Below, piece after piece: positions 62,022 to 64,000 of a stretch of DNA of 64,000 bases (within the stretch, counting starts at the first letter, position 1; each line of letters begins with the position of its first letter). The stretch covers positions 338,024,001-338,088,000 of the forward strand of contig OZ024740.1 of NCBI GenBank assembly GCA_964016885.1, written 5' to 3'. Source of the stretch: Eledone cirrhosa. Taxonomy: Eukaryota. Below the pieces are notes generated by a model that saw only the letters and a list, made by a program, of their open reading frames with translations, did no database searches and was not told the origin of the DNA. The position numbers and the translations under genes are program-made.

Positions 62022-63293
62022 TCTCTACATATATATAAAACTGTAGTTGTCTGTGTGTGTGTCCTCATTTTTGCAAAGTCTATACAAATCCACATTTCTA
62101 CTCCGATTGACTTCAAACTTGCATTTATTTATTCCTTGCGGTCTAAAGATATTAACTGCAGCTTTTATTTTTCAATTTTCTGTTGTTAAAGGGGTGTTAG
62201 GCGCCGGTTATCGATCTCCCTCTCTCTTTCTTAGTCTGTCTTTTTAGATAGATAGATACAAAGCTATAACGTCGCGCCCTTATAATATCTGTCTGTATGT
62301 CCGGCTGTCTGCATTACGACATTATGAAAACATTGTTCTCATTGCTGACGTATTATTTTCGCTATTTTCCGTTCATTGCCAGGGAACGTCTTCACGAACC
62401 AAAGTATCGTCTTCCTGTTTTCCTTCGGTTGCAAAGTTTTTCGAAATATTTACTTCTGCGTTCACAGATTGATTTTTTTAGTTTCAGAAGATCTCGTTAA
62501 GGGTGAAAGCAGCTATTCTTTGCTTAAACTTTAATCTGTTATTTTAATATATATATATATATATATGATTATATATTCGTGTACAGATATTATTGCATAC
62601 ACAAAAACAAAATATAAACAAACGTATTTATTTCACGAAAGAACAGACGGCTTATCGTCATCGTTACTGCCGATATGCCACCCAAAAAGTCCCACTACTT
62701 TTAGCACAAAGCCAGCAATTACATAGTGCCACCAGAACGTGCTGCCACCAGAAGAGCACTTGAAATAGACAACCAACGAACCATTCGCCGAACCGTGTCA
62801 GCTTTGCAATGTCTATCAACAAATCCCAGGGTCAGACCATAGCTGTTGCTGGTTTCTTTTGGAAGAGTCATGTTTTTCACATGGGCAACTATATGTTGGC
62901 TGCTCAAGAGTGGGAAGCAAGACAAATTTCTTTGCATATGCCCGACACGGAAGAACAAGGAACATTATGTACAAGGAGGTGCTACAATCATTGTTTAGGT
63001 AGACGAGACAGAAGGGAATATACACGATTGACTGAAGAAGAACGAGACTGTGTTAGTAGTACGACCAACGGCTGCTATCACACCAACAGCTGCAAAAGCA
63101 AGAACAAAAAAGAGAGGGAACGCAATTACATGCTTTTGAAAAATGTTAATGGAAAATTATTTGCCTAAGCACAAAATGTAGACACCATCCTCAGGCAGAG
63201 GTATTCCGTATTTCTCTGTACTATTTCAGAAAGGAGGGATAAACATGCCAATCTATGTTTAGAAGCCCGAGCAACGCCAGGCCATTCTGCTAG
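62022..63293 (+). mobile_element. Internally deleted Helitron retaining the Pif1-helicase C-terminus
   Basis: 5' A|TC start and 3' gcccgagcaacgccaggc hairpin + CTAG|T. 62790-62990 reads FAMSINKSQGQT...FSHGQLYVGCSRVG...TRNIMYKEVL with a frameshift. Confidence 0.85.
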
Positions 63294-63311
63294 TATATAA
63301 TATATTAGAAA

Positions 63312-63362
<51 letters not shown>

Positions 63363-63439
63363 CTGAGAAATTGTGAGAAATGCAAATTGATAGATAGCTG
63401 GCTGCAGGCATGGCAATGTATTTAAAAGTTCAATGCAAA

Positions 63440-63835
63440 TGAAACATAACCACATTCAATCCCCCACCCCTAAAAAGACAACTTGGAACTGTCAAAATCC
63501 ACCCACTTGTCTGTTTAATAGATTCTGTCTCTCAAAAAAGTTGTATACTGAAAATAACTATGGAGATTTAACTGCAAATACTTTCAAGAGTCGTTATTGT
63601 CAGCACTTTCACTGATAGAAAATGAGGAAGACCATAAATTCCATACGTCTGTCTTAATTTGTCTGGAAAATCAGATACCAGATAGTTACATGTCCACCAA
63701 TGACATGGAATATTGTCGATAGAGCCATTTCATACTTCAATCTATCACAGAACTGTAGAATTTGCTTAACAGAAAAGTTTCAGATCATGAAGTAATATCT
63801 TTTAACTTGAGATTAGAAGTATTATCTATCTAATT
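63440..63835 (+). mobile_element. Penelope-like element GIY-YIG endonuclease remnant
   Basis: Reads NCQNPPTC....CL...TFKSRY..H...LS.FVWK...WNIVDRA.SY.....CRICLTEK..I, the motif order of the PLE endonuclease. Confidence 0.75.
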
Positions 63836-63844
63836 ATCACCCCT

Positions 63845-64000
63845 AGAGGAGGTTTCTCTTGGATAGTGTCCAACCATCGACTTTTAGTGCTCTGCACCTT
63901 TTTATGCAGCTGTCATCCTCATATGCATCACATGTCCATACCAACGCAACTTCCTCTCCTGCACACCGCATTTAATTCCTCTTATGCTCACTCTCTGTCT
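63845..64000 (-). mobile_element. RTE LINE C-terminal fragment running off the window
   Basis: Matches RTE copy 3 around 43270-43400 (RWYGHVM...SCIKRCRAL). Confidence 0.85.

Overview
AT-rich eukaryotic (animal) genomic DNA. The repeat families suggest an octopod cephalopod; this is an inference from repeat style. There is no prokaryotic gene organisation and no CRISPR array, and almost every ORF in the supplied track is a transposon fragment, its antisense shadow, or microsatellite noise. Mobile DNA dominates: several young 5'-truncated RTE-clade LINE copies carrying a PHD-type zinc finger inside the RT; two main tRNA-derived SINE families, one sharing its 3' tail with the RTE LINE; CR1, CRE-like, R4/Dong-like and Penelope-like retroelement remnants; mariner, hAT and TTAA (piggyBac-type) DNA elements; an internally deleted Helitron; a 5S rRNA pseudogene; and a 1.6-kb 30-bp minisatellite. 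Between the repeats I read a chain of small, phase-compatible minus-strand exons (42353-42185, 31575-31457, 25060-25018, 21181-21123, possibly 15485-15445), with a possible alternative first exon at 38571-38556 and a candidate U12-type (minor spliceosome) intron. I cannot identify the encoded protein. Near-identical RTE copies in opposite orientation bracket most of these exons. All exon calls are by-eye predictions and need transcript evidence.
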